Assembly (NCBI GenBank): GCA_027623675.1
Contig: JAQBVF010000010.1
Location: forward strand, 1-64,000
From: Chloroflexota bacterium
GTDB taxonomy: Bacteria; Chloroflexota; Dehalococcoidia; Lucifugimonadales; UBA3495
DNA: 64,000 nucleotides
Reading direction: 5' to 3'
Part shown: piece by piece, positions 30,107 to 38,905 of the stretch
How positions within the stretch are numbered: the stretch's first letter is position 1
How the letters are laid out: the number at the start of each line of letters is the position of its first letter
Program-made: the position numbers and the translations under genes
The notes under the pieces: model-generated
What the model was told of the DNA's origin: nothing
The model's database searches: none
Seen by the model: only the letters and a program-made list of their open reading frames with translations

Positions 30107-30256
30107 AACGCACCTTTTTGGTCGCAGAGTTATTTCCGCCCCGATCAGACTTTGCCGTGGACCGGCCCAGGCGGGAGGCGGAGAATCCGGCCCATTCTAT
30201 CACAGCCCTTGGCACAGCCCTGGGCACAGCCCCGAGCCCAGATTACCGGAGCACTC

Positions 30257-31144
30257 ATGACCGGCAGTATAACTGTGGTAGGCGCGGACTACAGCGGCGC
30301 CAAGACCGACACAAACACCTGGGCCACACTTGGCGTTCTGGATGGCGGCGTACTCACTTTGGAGTCCTGCCGGCGGGTCACCCGCGGCCAGCTGGCGGCC
30401 CTTCTGGAATCGCTGCCGGGAACGGCGGTGGCGGCCCTGGACTTCCCCTTCTCCGTGCCCGGCCGGTTCGCCCAAGAGTGGCTGCCCGGCGCCTCGGCCA
30501 TGCCCCAACTCTGGGAAGGCGCCGCCGGCATGGAGTACGGCGATTTCCTCTCGCTGCGGGACCGCTTTGTCGCCCAGCACGGCGAACCCCTGCGCCAGGG
30601 AGACCTCTACTTCCCCGAGTGCTACTCGTGTCTCCACAAGGCCAACCCCAACATGGTGCCCATGACCTTCCGGGGCATGCAGATGCTGCACCGGCTGTGG
30701 CAGGCGGGCTGCCGGGTACCGCCCCTGCCCGGTGACGATAGCCGTGAGGGGCCGTTGTTGCTGGAGTCCATGCCCGGCGCGGCCCTTCGGGCGTTCGGTC
30801 TTCCCTTCAAGGGGTACAAGAAGGGCCGCCGGGCCATGGAGCTTAGGGAGCGGATACTTGACCGGCTTTCGGCGCGTTCCGGGGTCCCCATCGAGGGCCT
30901 GGACCGGTTCAAGGACGTCTGCCTGGCCGTGGACGACTGCCTGGACTCGCTGGTGGCGGCGGTTACCGGATGCCTCTGGGCCGGCGACCACAAGTTGTTC
31001 CGCTCGCCCAGTGACGGGCCCGGCGGCGTCACCCGCCGCGGGGGAGTTCCCGGCTCCGGCGAGAACGAGTTGACCACCGCCCGCCTGGAGGGGTGGCTCT
31101 ACGCCCCCGTGTTCATCGACGAAACCGCCGAGCCAACCGGCTGA
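30257..31144 (+). CDS. DUF429 domain protein (predicted RNase H-like nuclease fold)
   Basis: Start MTGSITVVGADYSGA; ALDFPFS, LESMP, DCLDSLVAA, EGW. Confidence 0.75.
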   Translation: MTGSITVVGADYSGAKTDTNTWATLGVLDGGVLTLESCRRVTRGQLAALLESLPGTAVAALDFPFSVPGRFAQEWLPGASAMPQLWEGAAGMEYGDFLSLRDRFVAQHGEPLRQGDLYFPECYSCLHKANPNMVPMTFRGMQMLHRLWQAGCRVPPLPGDDSREGPLLLESMPGAALRAFGLPFKGYKKGRRAMELRERILDRLSARSGVPIEGLDRFKDVCLAVDDCLDSLVAAVTGCLWAGDHKLFRSPSDGPGGVTRRGGVPGSGENELTTARLEGWLYAPVFIDETAEPTG

Positions 31145-31422
31145 GGTCAGCCGCATATTGCCCAAACCCCCTCCAAGCGGTAAAGTGTGGGCCGATGACG
31201 GAGAGCAGAGGAAACCGCTGGGCTACCTGATCACCGAAGGCCCTAACACCGGCAGCGCCGGCTGGGCGATGCCATCCTGGTTGGTGATACCGCGTTGATG
31301 ACACCGCCGGCAAGGGCCACGCCACAACCTCGCCTCGGTGATTCCCATAGCCCGGTCTTCGCGGCCATGAGATTGAAACCAATGACACCCACGCACACAA
31401 GCAGACCTTAAGGAGTAACAAA

Positions 31423-31761
31423 ATGGGCATCTACAGGATGTACACCGGCGACGACGGACAGACCCACATCGAGGAGACCAGCCTGGCCTCTCACCCCGAG
31501 TTGGCCGAGGCCGTCAAGGCCACCAGCATCACCTTCCGAGAGAATGAGGCCGGCCGCTTCATCGACTGGCATCCGGCCCCCCGCCGCCAGTACGTGATCT
31601 GCATCTCCGGGCAGATCGAGATCGGCCTGGGCGATGGCTCGAAGCACCTGTTCGGCCCCGGCGACGCCCGGTTGGTCGAGGACACCACCGGCCAGGGACA
31701 CACCACCCTGACCGCCGGCACCGAGCCAGGCATCACCTGCACCGTCCCCCTAGCCGATTAA
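31423..31761 (+). CDS. Cupin-domain protein 1
   Basis: YTGDDGQTH, WHPAPRRQY, EDTTGQGH; AAGGAG RBS. Confidence 0.85.
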   Translation: MGIYRMYTGDDGQTHIEETSLASHPELAEAVKATSITFRENEAGRFIDWHPAPRRQYVICISGQIEIGLGDGSKHLFGPGDARLVEDTTGQGHTTLTAGTEPGITCTVPLAD

Positions 31762-31865
31762 CCGGCCGGCATCGCCGGTATTACGGCCCCCGTCGGTTGG
31801 TTGCAACCCAACGCTGGTCCGGGCAGATAAGACAACAAGACATCAGATGGTAGAGAGGAACCGAC

Positions 31866-32207
31866 ATGCAGATAGTTAGGGTTTATTCGGGAGACGACGG
31901 CGAGTCCCATTTCGAGGACGTTTCCCCCGAGGAGATGGTGGCCATCGCCAAGCGCCTGGGCGAGGGCGACATCCAATTGAACGCCCGCCAGGCGCCGTCT
32001 TTCTCCGATTACCACACCGCGCCCCGGCGTCAGTACGTGCTGCACCTGCTGGGCACCGCCGAGTACGAGACCGCCGACGGCAGCAAGCGACAACTGGTCC
32101 CCGGCGACGTGCTGGTGGCCGAAGACCTGACCGGCCACGGCCATATCGCCCGGGGCCTGGGCGAAGGCGAACGGTACATCCTGGCCGTGCCGCTGGCCGA
32201 AGCCTAG
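31866..32207 (+). CDS. Cupin-domain protein 2
   Basis: YSGDDGESHF, YHTAPRRQY, EDLTGHGH. Confidence 0.85.
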   Translation: MQIVRVYSGDDGESHFEDVSPEEMVAIAKRLGEGDIQLNARQAPSFSDYHTAPRRQYVLHLLGTAEYETADGSKRQLVPGDVLVAEDLTGHGHIARGLGEGERYILAVPLAEA

Positions 32208-32268
32208 ACCCGGTTCTCAAACCACCGTTCTGAAACGCGCCCCGTTCTTAAACACTAAGGAGTCAGCC

Positions 32269-32613
32269 ATGAAGATAGTTCGAGTATTCACCGGAGACGA
32301 CGGCGAGTCCCACTTCGAGGATGTCAGCCCGGAGGAGATGGCCGGCATCGTCAACCGGGTGGGCGAAGGCGACATCAGCCTGGGCCTGCGCACCTCCCCG
32401 TCGTTCTCCGACTACCACAACGCGCCCCGCCGCCAGTACGTGGTCAACCTTTCGGGAACGGCCGAGTTCGAGACCGCCGACGGGAGCAAGGTGCAGATGG
32501 AGCCGGGAGACATCCTGGTTGCCGAGGACCTGACCGGCCACGGCCACATCGCCCGCAGCCTGGGCGACACTCCCCGGGCCTCGCTGGCCGTCCCCCTGGC
32601 CGAACCCAACTAA
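32269..32613 (+). CDS. Cupin-domain protein 3
   Basis: FTGDDGESHF, YHNAPRRQY, EDLTGHGH; AAGGAG RBS. Confidence 0.85.
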   Translation: MKIVRVFTGDDGESHFEDVSPEEMAGIVNRVGEGDISLGLRTSPSFSDYHNAPRRQYVVNLSGTAEFETADGSKVQMEPGDILVAEDLTGHGHIARSLGDTPRASLAVPLAEPN

Positions 32614-32645
32614 CCGCCGCCGGCCCCCGGCCAAACGATGACGCT

Positions 32646-32677
32646 AGAACGGCCCTCTTCAACAAGAGGGCCGTTCT
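32646..32677. terminator. Hairpin terminator between convergent genes
   Basis: AGAACGGCCCTCTT / AAGAGGGCCGTTCT perfect 14-bp stem. Confidence 0.65.
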
Positions 32678-32736
32678 GCCATGGCGGTATCGGCGGATGC
32701 CCATGCACCGGCCTGATCCAGGTTGGTATGCGCCCT

Positions 32737-34221
32737 TTAATAGGCGCCTTTCAGGAGGTTGGACAGGTGCAGCAACCCCTGCTGCCGCCGGGCGTTGGTT
32801 ACAGCCTCCCGCCATTCGCCCGGCAGCAGTTGTTCGGTCATCTCACGGGTCAGTTCATTGTCTGAGAGCCGGGGGAACCGCCGGTAGATATCTGCCACGG
32901 TCTCCGGTCCCGCGCCCAGAGACCTGGCCTCCGGCCAAGCGTGCAGGAACGCCAGCACGGCGTTCACCACCAGGTCTTTGGCCCGCCCCTGGCCCACGTA
33001 GGCCGGACCGCTATTTCCGGCGGCGGCAAGCGCTTCGGTTAATCTAGCTGGGTTCCGGCTCTGGGCGTTGCCGCTGGCAACACCCCTTGAGACACCGGCG
33101 GCAACGCCAGCGGCGACCCCGGCCAAACCCTCGGCCAGGCCCTGCTCCAAGAACCGGTCCAGGATCACCGCCATCCCCATGATGCGCCGCCGAGGGTGGT
33201 TGGACGGCCGCACCCGGAACAGATGCCATTCCTTCCGGTCCATGGGCCGGCCCATAAGCCGGTCCATGGGCGGCCCCACGCTCCTGGGACGCGGGGGATG
33301 GGCCCAAAGGGAGCCTTCCGTCCCGTCCAGACCGGAACAGGCGTGGAACCAGGAAGCGATGGCCGGGCGGCGCTCCCCTGGTGGCAGTTGAACAGCGGCA
33401 TCCCTGACCGCCTGGTACGGCACCCGCCAGGCCAGTTCGAGGAACGGACGCCGGTTGCTGCTGTAGCCCAAGCCCTCCATGATGGCTTCGTATAAGGTTT
33501 GGCCCGGTCCCTGGGCACGGATGCAGGTCGACAGCCACCGGGCCTTCAGTTGAAACCTCTGGTCCCCCGCCCAGTCAAGCGCCGCCTCCGCCTCCAGTGA
33601 CGAGCCCGGCCTGGGTGCGCCCCGGCCGGCCAAGACCTGCCACAGGTCAAGGGCCTGGCCGCTTTGCCCCCGACCGCCCGGACGCCTGTGTCCCGATGGC
33701 CCGCCAACCGCTCCGACCATGTCCCCAGTATCGCCAGCCAACAGGGCCCGCAGGTCGACCACCGGCGCCCGGGTGCCGCACTGCAAGCGGGTCTCGCCGG
33801 AGTGGACGTCCAAGGCCCCGTGGACTACGACTCCGTTGTAGTTGGGATCGCCGCCGTGGCCGTGAACGTCCCAGTCCCGCTGCCTGATGTGCAATTCAAC
33901 GTCGCCCCGCACCAGGCCCAGCCCTTCCACCTCCAGCAGGGCGTCACGGAAGTCCGGCCCGGCGGCGGTGCCGGCGCGGCCCGGATAGACCACCCGGACC
34001 CGCTTGCCGGCCTGGGTGCGCAGGGTGGTCTGCCGGGAGGCGCGTTCCTTCCAGAGTTTGGCCAGCAGCCGCTCCGGTATCTGCATGCCCTGGTCCCCGG
34101 GCAAAGCTGCGGGCCGCTGCGGGCCACCGCTCTCGTGGATGCAGGTATGCGCCGGCGCCGCTTCCTGTGTCTCCGCACGGATAGCCAAATCGGTATAAGT
34201 GGTCATCGCTCTTTGTTCCAT
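32737..34221 (-). CDS. DUF2851 family protein
   Basis: VYPG..GPDFRDA, GDVELH..DW..HGH..DPNY, LGYSSN..PF, RVRPSNHP, NAVL, QQGLLHL. Confidence 0.85.
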   Translation of the reverse strand: MEQRAMTTYTDLAIRAETQEAAPAHTCIHESGGPQRPAALPGDQGMQIPERLLAKLWKERASRQTTLRTQAGKRVRVVYPGRAGTAAGPDFRDALLEVEGLGLVRGDVELHIRQRDWDVHGHGGDPNYNGVVVHGALDVHSGETRLQCGTRAPVVDLRALLAGDTGDMVGAVGGPSGHRRPGGRGQSGQALDLWQVLAGRGAPRPGSSLEAEAALDWAGDQRFQLKARWLSTCIRAQGPGQTLYEAIMEGLGYSSNRRPFLELAWRVPYQAVRDAAVQLPPGERRPAIASWFHACSGLDGTEGSLWAHPPRPRSVGPPMDRLMGRPMDRKEWHLFRVRPSNHPRRRIMGMAVILDRFLEQGLAEGLAGVAAGVAAGVSRGVASGNAQSRNPARLTEALAAAGNSGPAYVGQGRAKDLVVNAVLAFLHAWPEARSLGAGPETVADIYRRFPRLSDNELTREMTEQLLPGEWREAVTNARRQQGLLHLSNLLKGAY

Positions 34222-34369
34222 ATAATTACCAACAAGATAATATATATTACCAATTTCATAACCCGGTTAATAGTCTGCTCCACCGCGGACCGGCGGCCAG
34301 ACCCGACGGGTTTCGTTTCCCCCCGGCACGGCGGTAGAATGACGGTCGATAGCAACTAGAGGGTTTGAG

Positions 34370-35104
34370 ATGTCCACCATGCCAGGTCCCCAGTCCCGCG
34401 GCCCCCTGACCTTGACCTACTACGGCCACTGCGCCTTTCATTGGCGGACCGAGGCCGGCTTGGGGGTTTTGGCTGACCCCTACCGGAACATCGCCGGGCG
34501 GTACTGGTTCACCCGGCTGTTCCCCGAAGTGACCTGCGACCTGGGCCTGATCACCCACGCCCACTTCGACCACGATGCCGCGGAACGTCTGCCGGAGGGG
34601 GCCTCGCTGATGCGCCTGCCGGGGGAGTTTGCCAGCCGCGACCTGAGCGTCCGGGGCGTTTTGGACCTGCACTCGGGGGCGTCGCGGCTGCGGGAATTCC
34701 CCAACGTGATGTACAAGCTGCAAACGGGCGGGATCAGCTTTCTGCACCTGGGCGACAACCGGGCCGACTGGCCGGACGACGTGGCCCGCGCCATCGGCGA
34801 GATCGACGTGCTGCTGGTGACGGTGGACGACTCCAACCACCTGCTGTCCTACCAGGAGGTTGACTCACTGGTGGCGCGGCTGGAGCCACGGGTGGTGATC
34901 CCGATGCACTACCAGATTCCGGGGTTGATGGCTGACGACACGGGACTGGAGCCGCCGGAAGGCTGGCTGGCCACCCAAACGCGGGTGAAGCGCCTGGACG
35001 GCCCCTCCGCCGTGTTCTCCGCCGAGGGCCTGCCGTCGGCAACAGAGGTCTGGCTGTTCCAACCCTCGCCGGTGTCATTCGCCAGCCCGGCGGTTGGGCC
35101 GTAG
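34370..35104 (+). CDS. MBL-fold metallo-hydrolase
   Basis: YYGHCAF, ADPY, THAHFDH, HLGD, IPMHY. Confidence 0.9.
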   Translation: MSTMPGPQSRGPLTLTYYGHCAFHWRTEAGLGVLADPYRNIAGRYWFTRLFPEVTCDLGLITHAHFDHDAAERLPEGASLMRLPGEFASRDLSVRGVLDLHSGASRLREFPNVMYKLQTGGISFLHLGDNRADWPDDVARAIGEIDVLLVTVDDSNHLLSYQEVDSLVARLEPRVVIPMHYQIPGLMADDTGLEPPEGWLATQTRVKRLDGPSAVFSAEGLPSATEVWLFQPSPVSFASPAVGP

Positions 35105-35135
35105 GGCAGGATGTCAGGACCTCTGCCTGGCGACC

Positions 35136-35269
35136 GTGGTTCGACGGGATCACCACGAGCGGGGAAGCAAACCATGGGCGAACTTGACTTGGCAAAGGTC
35201 AGGTCTCGGCGCTGAGGTATCGATCCACCACCCGCTCGTCCTGTGCCCCGTCGAAGGGCCGCATCAGTC
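35136..35269. repeat. REP-like element, left copy of ~120-bp direct repeat
   Basis: GTGGTTCGACGGGATCACCACGAGCGGG ... CCCGCTCGTCCTGTGCCCCGTCGAAGG; 35228-35269 matches 43908-43949 at 38/42 nt. Confidence 0.8.
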
Positions 35270-35294
35270 GGTCGATGCCCGTAAGCAACTTGGC

Positions 35295-35516
35295 TCACTC
35301 GAGAACCTCGCTTTCGGTTTCCCGTTCCTGTCGAGCACTCGGGTCCAAGTCGCGGGAGACGCACTCCAACTCCCTGGCGCGGGCGCGGAACCTGTCCATA
35401 TCCAAATTGCAGCGGTTCAGGTCCATGGCATTACTGGCGTAGACCTGAGTGATCCGGTCCTCTTGGACCCGGACCTGCCGGAGCCCAAGACCAGCCTGTC
35501 GGCGGTCTCGAGGGAA
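35295..35516 (-). pseudogene. Relic resembling the coiled-coil C-terminal region of a large serine recombinase
   Basis: Startless frame LRQVRVQEDRITQVYASNAMDLNRCNLDMDRFRARARELE; resemblance recalled, not searched; catalytic domain absent. Confidence 0.45.
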
Positions 35517-36090
35517 TCAGGCCGCCGATCGATATTTGGGATGGGTAAGGGGGTATCCCAACCGCGCCATCTAGACCGGGTTCGCTGGCGAGCCGCCGGT
35601 CGAGTCAAAGGTCCGTAGCCTGGAGGAAAGATGACTCGACCTGGTGGGCAAGCCAAATCTCAGGCTGGGCGGTCATACCGGCATCCCGGTGGTAGGTCTG
35701 CACCGCACGTAGCACGCGGGTCCCGGTACGGAGCAGCAGCTGGAAATGCTGCTTCCTGGAAATGCTGCTTCAATGTAGACGTTCAGCGAAAATGGGGCAC
35801 ATTGGGGCGGGAAAGAACCGAAAACAAAAGGGGGAGCGGGAGAGGCGCTGATGCGGGCGTCCGCCCACACAGCCAAATCGAAAGCCGCTGCCGACCGTCA
35901 GCGACGAAGAGTGGCACGATCAAGGGTACATACACCCGAGAGAGGAAGCGGTCTAATCTCCTGGAGTGGAGGTAACATTCTCACGGCAAGGAGCAGATGC
36001 GTCCCAGTTGGATGTCGACAGGGCGAAGGCCGCTAAGGAGCGGAGCCAACAGACTCGTTCCTTCGTCCGCGTGGTGAATGCGCCGTAAAT

Positions 36091-36192
36091 CTACTTTTCT
36101 TTTTTCAATTTACGTTTTTCCTTTAGGGTATGTTGTGCAGCTGTCTGTTTTTCCTTTTTGGATTTATCTTTCTTACCACCCTTATCGCCCAT
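36091..36192 (-). CDS. 33-aa Lys-rich small protein
   Basis: MGDKGGKKDKSKKEKQTAAQHTLKEKRKLKKEK*; AAGGAG 7 nt upstream. Confidence 0.65.
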   Translation of the reverse strand: MGDKGGKKDKSKKEKQTAAQHTLKEKRKLKKEK

Positions 36193-36986
36193 TATTCTGC
36201 TCCTTTGAAGGTGAACCTTCGAACGGCCCAGGTTTAAGCCTGATGGGGCTACTGGAAGCGGACTGCCACTATCTTTAGGGGTGGCATATCATCCGAGATT
36301 CTGCATTTGGGACCACCCTATGCCTTCAGCAAAACCCGAATGAATCGTATTTCAGCTTACCACCGGTATTTGAGTCTCGGCAACGTGCTCTTGCTCCGGC
36401 CTGGGACAAGGTTTCTGTTATGGACACCCAGGGAAATACGTCATATGGTCATCCTGCCCCAGCGCGAAGCGGCTGGGTTCGTGTTCCAGGGAAACCCGAG
36501 GTGGCCCCCATCAGTCCCTCATGATCGGTGAGCTTTGGATCTACCGCGATTGACCTCGGTGAGGGTCCGGTCCTGGGCCATCGCCAACCAAATTTCATCG
36601 GGGCCGTTGGCAATCACGGTTTGAAAGATGACCTGAGGCGAACCCAAATCCAACCACCGAACAAGGGCACACTTTAAGCGCCACACAACCGGTCAATGCC
36701 TTGCCGCTTCGAAGCTATGGTTCTCGGGTGCGCTCGCTGCAATAGGTGTAAAATCGTGGGCACCAAAAAAGATTAATCTTTGGCGCCTCGCGTACAGCGA
36801 TCAATCTCCTCACTAGACCGTATGGCAAGCAGTCCTTAAACTTGGGACTTGTTGGTTCTGCGTCTCATCAGAGCCGGGTTGCCCAGCCTTCAAAATTTCC
36901 CTTCGAGACCAGGCATAAAAGCCTGGTTGGAAAGCGGTCAAGTGGGTCGAGTTAAGAAAATAGTGACGGCAAGGTAACTTCCCTTT

Positions 36987-38903
36987 ATGGCCCTCTTAAG
37001 TATGCAAGGCATCTCCATCGCCTTTATCGGCGTCCCGATCTTTGAAGGGATCAACCTGACCATTGAGCGCGGAGAAAAGGTTGGCCTGGTAGGCAGGAAC
37101 GGGTCAGGGAAATCAACGTTGCTGCGGCTGATAGAGGGAAGCGTAAAACCAGGTTCCGGCACTGTTGCGGTCCAAAAGGGCATACGCTCCGCCTATCTTT
37201 CACAAGATGTGCCCCATGATCTACCCGGAACCGTGTTTGATGTGGTCGCCAGCGGAAGCAGAGAATACCTTGACCTGACCACCCGGAATCCATCCTCAAG
37301 CGCCCAGTTGCTACCTGAAGGCGCACTACCTCTACGCGAAGAATTGGACCGGATTCACGACAACCTTGATATGGAAGGAGTGTGGTACAAGAGGGAACAG
37401 GTCAACAAAAGCCTCTCGCAACTTGGGGTGGATGCCGGCTGCAATTTCAGTACTCTTTCCGCGGGCCTAAAACGTCAAGTGCTCTTAACGAGGGCGCTTG
37501 TTGGTGAGCCGGATATCCTCCTACTTGATGAACCAAGTAACCACATGGATATTGATTCCATCCAGGAACTGGAACGGATGATGGTTCGGTTTACGGGCGC
37601 CTTGATATTCGTTACCCACGACCGGATGTTCTTGCAGAAGATCGCTACCCGGATAGTTGAGATTGACCGGGGCCGGCTGTTTGATCAGACCTGCGACTAT
37701 GAGACATTCCTGGTACGGCGAAACGCCAACCTTGAGGCAGAAGAAACGAAAAACGCTCTGTTCGATAGGAAGCTGCAACAGGAAGAACATTGGGTTCGGG
37801 GAGGTATCAAGGCGAGGCGGACGCGCAACGAGGGCCGCGTGAGGGAACTGGAAAAGATGCGGGAGATGCGCAGCTCCAGACGGGACCGGCCAAAGAGTGT
37901 GAAGATGGAAGCCCAAGAGGCCGAGCGCTCCGGAACATTGGTGGCCAAGGCAGACGATATCGGCTTTAACTATGGCGATACCCAGGTAATCTCAAGATTC
38001 TCCACCACGATCCTGAAGGGCGACAGGATCGGCATCCTGGGCCCCAACGGCAGCGGCAAGACAACCCTTTTGCGCCTGCTTCTTGGCATGCTCAGTCCGG
38101 TTACTGGAACGATCCGCCTCGGGTCTAATCTACAGATCAGCTACTCCGACCAACTTCTTGAGCAATTGGACGAGAACAAGACCGCCATAGAAAACGTCGG
38201 CGACGGCAGTGATACGGTTACCGTTAACGGCAAAATCCGTCATATCGTCGGCTATCTACAAGATTTTCTCTTTTCTCCAGATCAAGCCCGCTCTCTGGTT
38301 TCTGTTCTTTCCGGCGGGGAGCGTAAGCGCCTCATGCTCGCCCGTCTCTTCACCCAGCCCTCCAATCTCCTTGTACTGGATGAGCCCACCAACGACCTTG
38401 ATATCGAAACCCTTGACATCCTTGAAGGCCTCTTGATTGACTACACGGGAACGATCCTCCTCGTCAGCCATGATAGGACGTTCATCAACAACATCGTGAC
38501 GAGCACTCTCGTTTTTGAGGGCGGTTCCGTCGTGAAGGAGTACGTGGGTGACTATGATGACTGGCTGCGTCAGCGCCCCCAGGAAGCGAAACCGATCAGG
38601 ACATCCGCCAGCAAACAAGAGGCCCAACCGGCTCTGCCACCCAAGGCAAGATTAAAATTACGGTTCAGCGAGCAAAGGGAACTGGATGCGCTGCCCCAGA
38701 CTATCGAGTGCCTCGAAAGAGAACAGACGGAGTTGTTCCAGACCATGGGAGATCCAGGACTCTACAAAATGGACAAGGCTGACATCGTTGCCACGAATCA
38801 TAAGCTAGAAGAACTGAAAGGACTATTGGCTGAGGCCTACGAACGTTGGGAAGAACTGGAACAACTCCGCCTGGAGATCGAAAACAGCAGGCTTTCAAAG
38901 TAG
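36987..38903 (+). CDS. uup: ABC-F family ATPase (Uup-like)
   Basis: Two NBDs (GRNGSGKS, GPNGSGKT, DEPSNH/DEPTND), GIKARRTRNEGRVR linker, C-terminal coiled coil; no TM segments. Confidence 0.88.
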   Translation: MALLSMQGISIAFIGVPIFEGINLTIERGEKVGLVGRNGSGKSTLLRLIEGSVKPGSGTVAVQKGIRSAYLSQDVPHDLPGTVFDVVASGSREYLDLTTRNPSSSAQLLPEGALPLREELDRIHDNLDMEGVWYKREQVNKSLSQLGVDAGCNFSTLSAGLKRQVLLTRALVGEPDILLLDEPSNHMDIDSIQELERMMVRFTGALIFVTHDRMFLQKIATRIVEIDRGRLFDQTCDYETFLVRRNANLEAEETKNALFDRKLQQEEHWVRGGIKARRTRNEGRVRELEKMREMRSSRRDRPKSVKMEAQEAERSGTLVAKADDIGFNYGDTQVISRFSTTILKGDRIGILGPNGSGKTTLLRLLLGMLSPVTGTIRLGSNLQISYSDQLLEQLDENKTAIENVGDGSDTVTVNGKIRHIVGYLQDFLFSPDQARSLVSVLSGGERKRLMLARLFTQPSNLLVLDEPTNDLDIETLDILEGLLIDYTGTILLVSHDRTFINNIVTSTLVFEGGSVVKEYVGDYDDWLRQRPQEAKPIRTSASKQEAQPALPPKARLKLRFSEQRELDALPQTIECLEREQTELFQTMGDPGLYKMDKADIVATNHKLEELKGLLAEAYERWEELEQLRLEIENSRLSK

Positions 38904-38905
38904 AG

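Noticed and set aside
35642..35649. att copy of the tRNA-Ile 3' end (TGGTGGGC)
   Set aside because: Only 8 nt; expected by chance in high-GC DNA
36520..36695. Startless minus-strand frame (…QVIFQTVIANGPDEIWLAMAQDRTLTEVNR…)
   Set aside because: Looks protein-like but I cannot assign it; needs blastx
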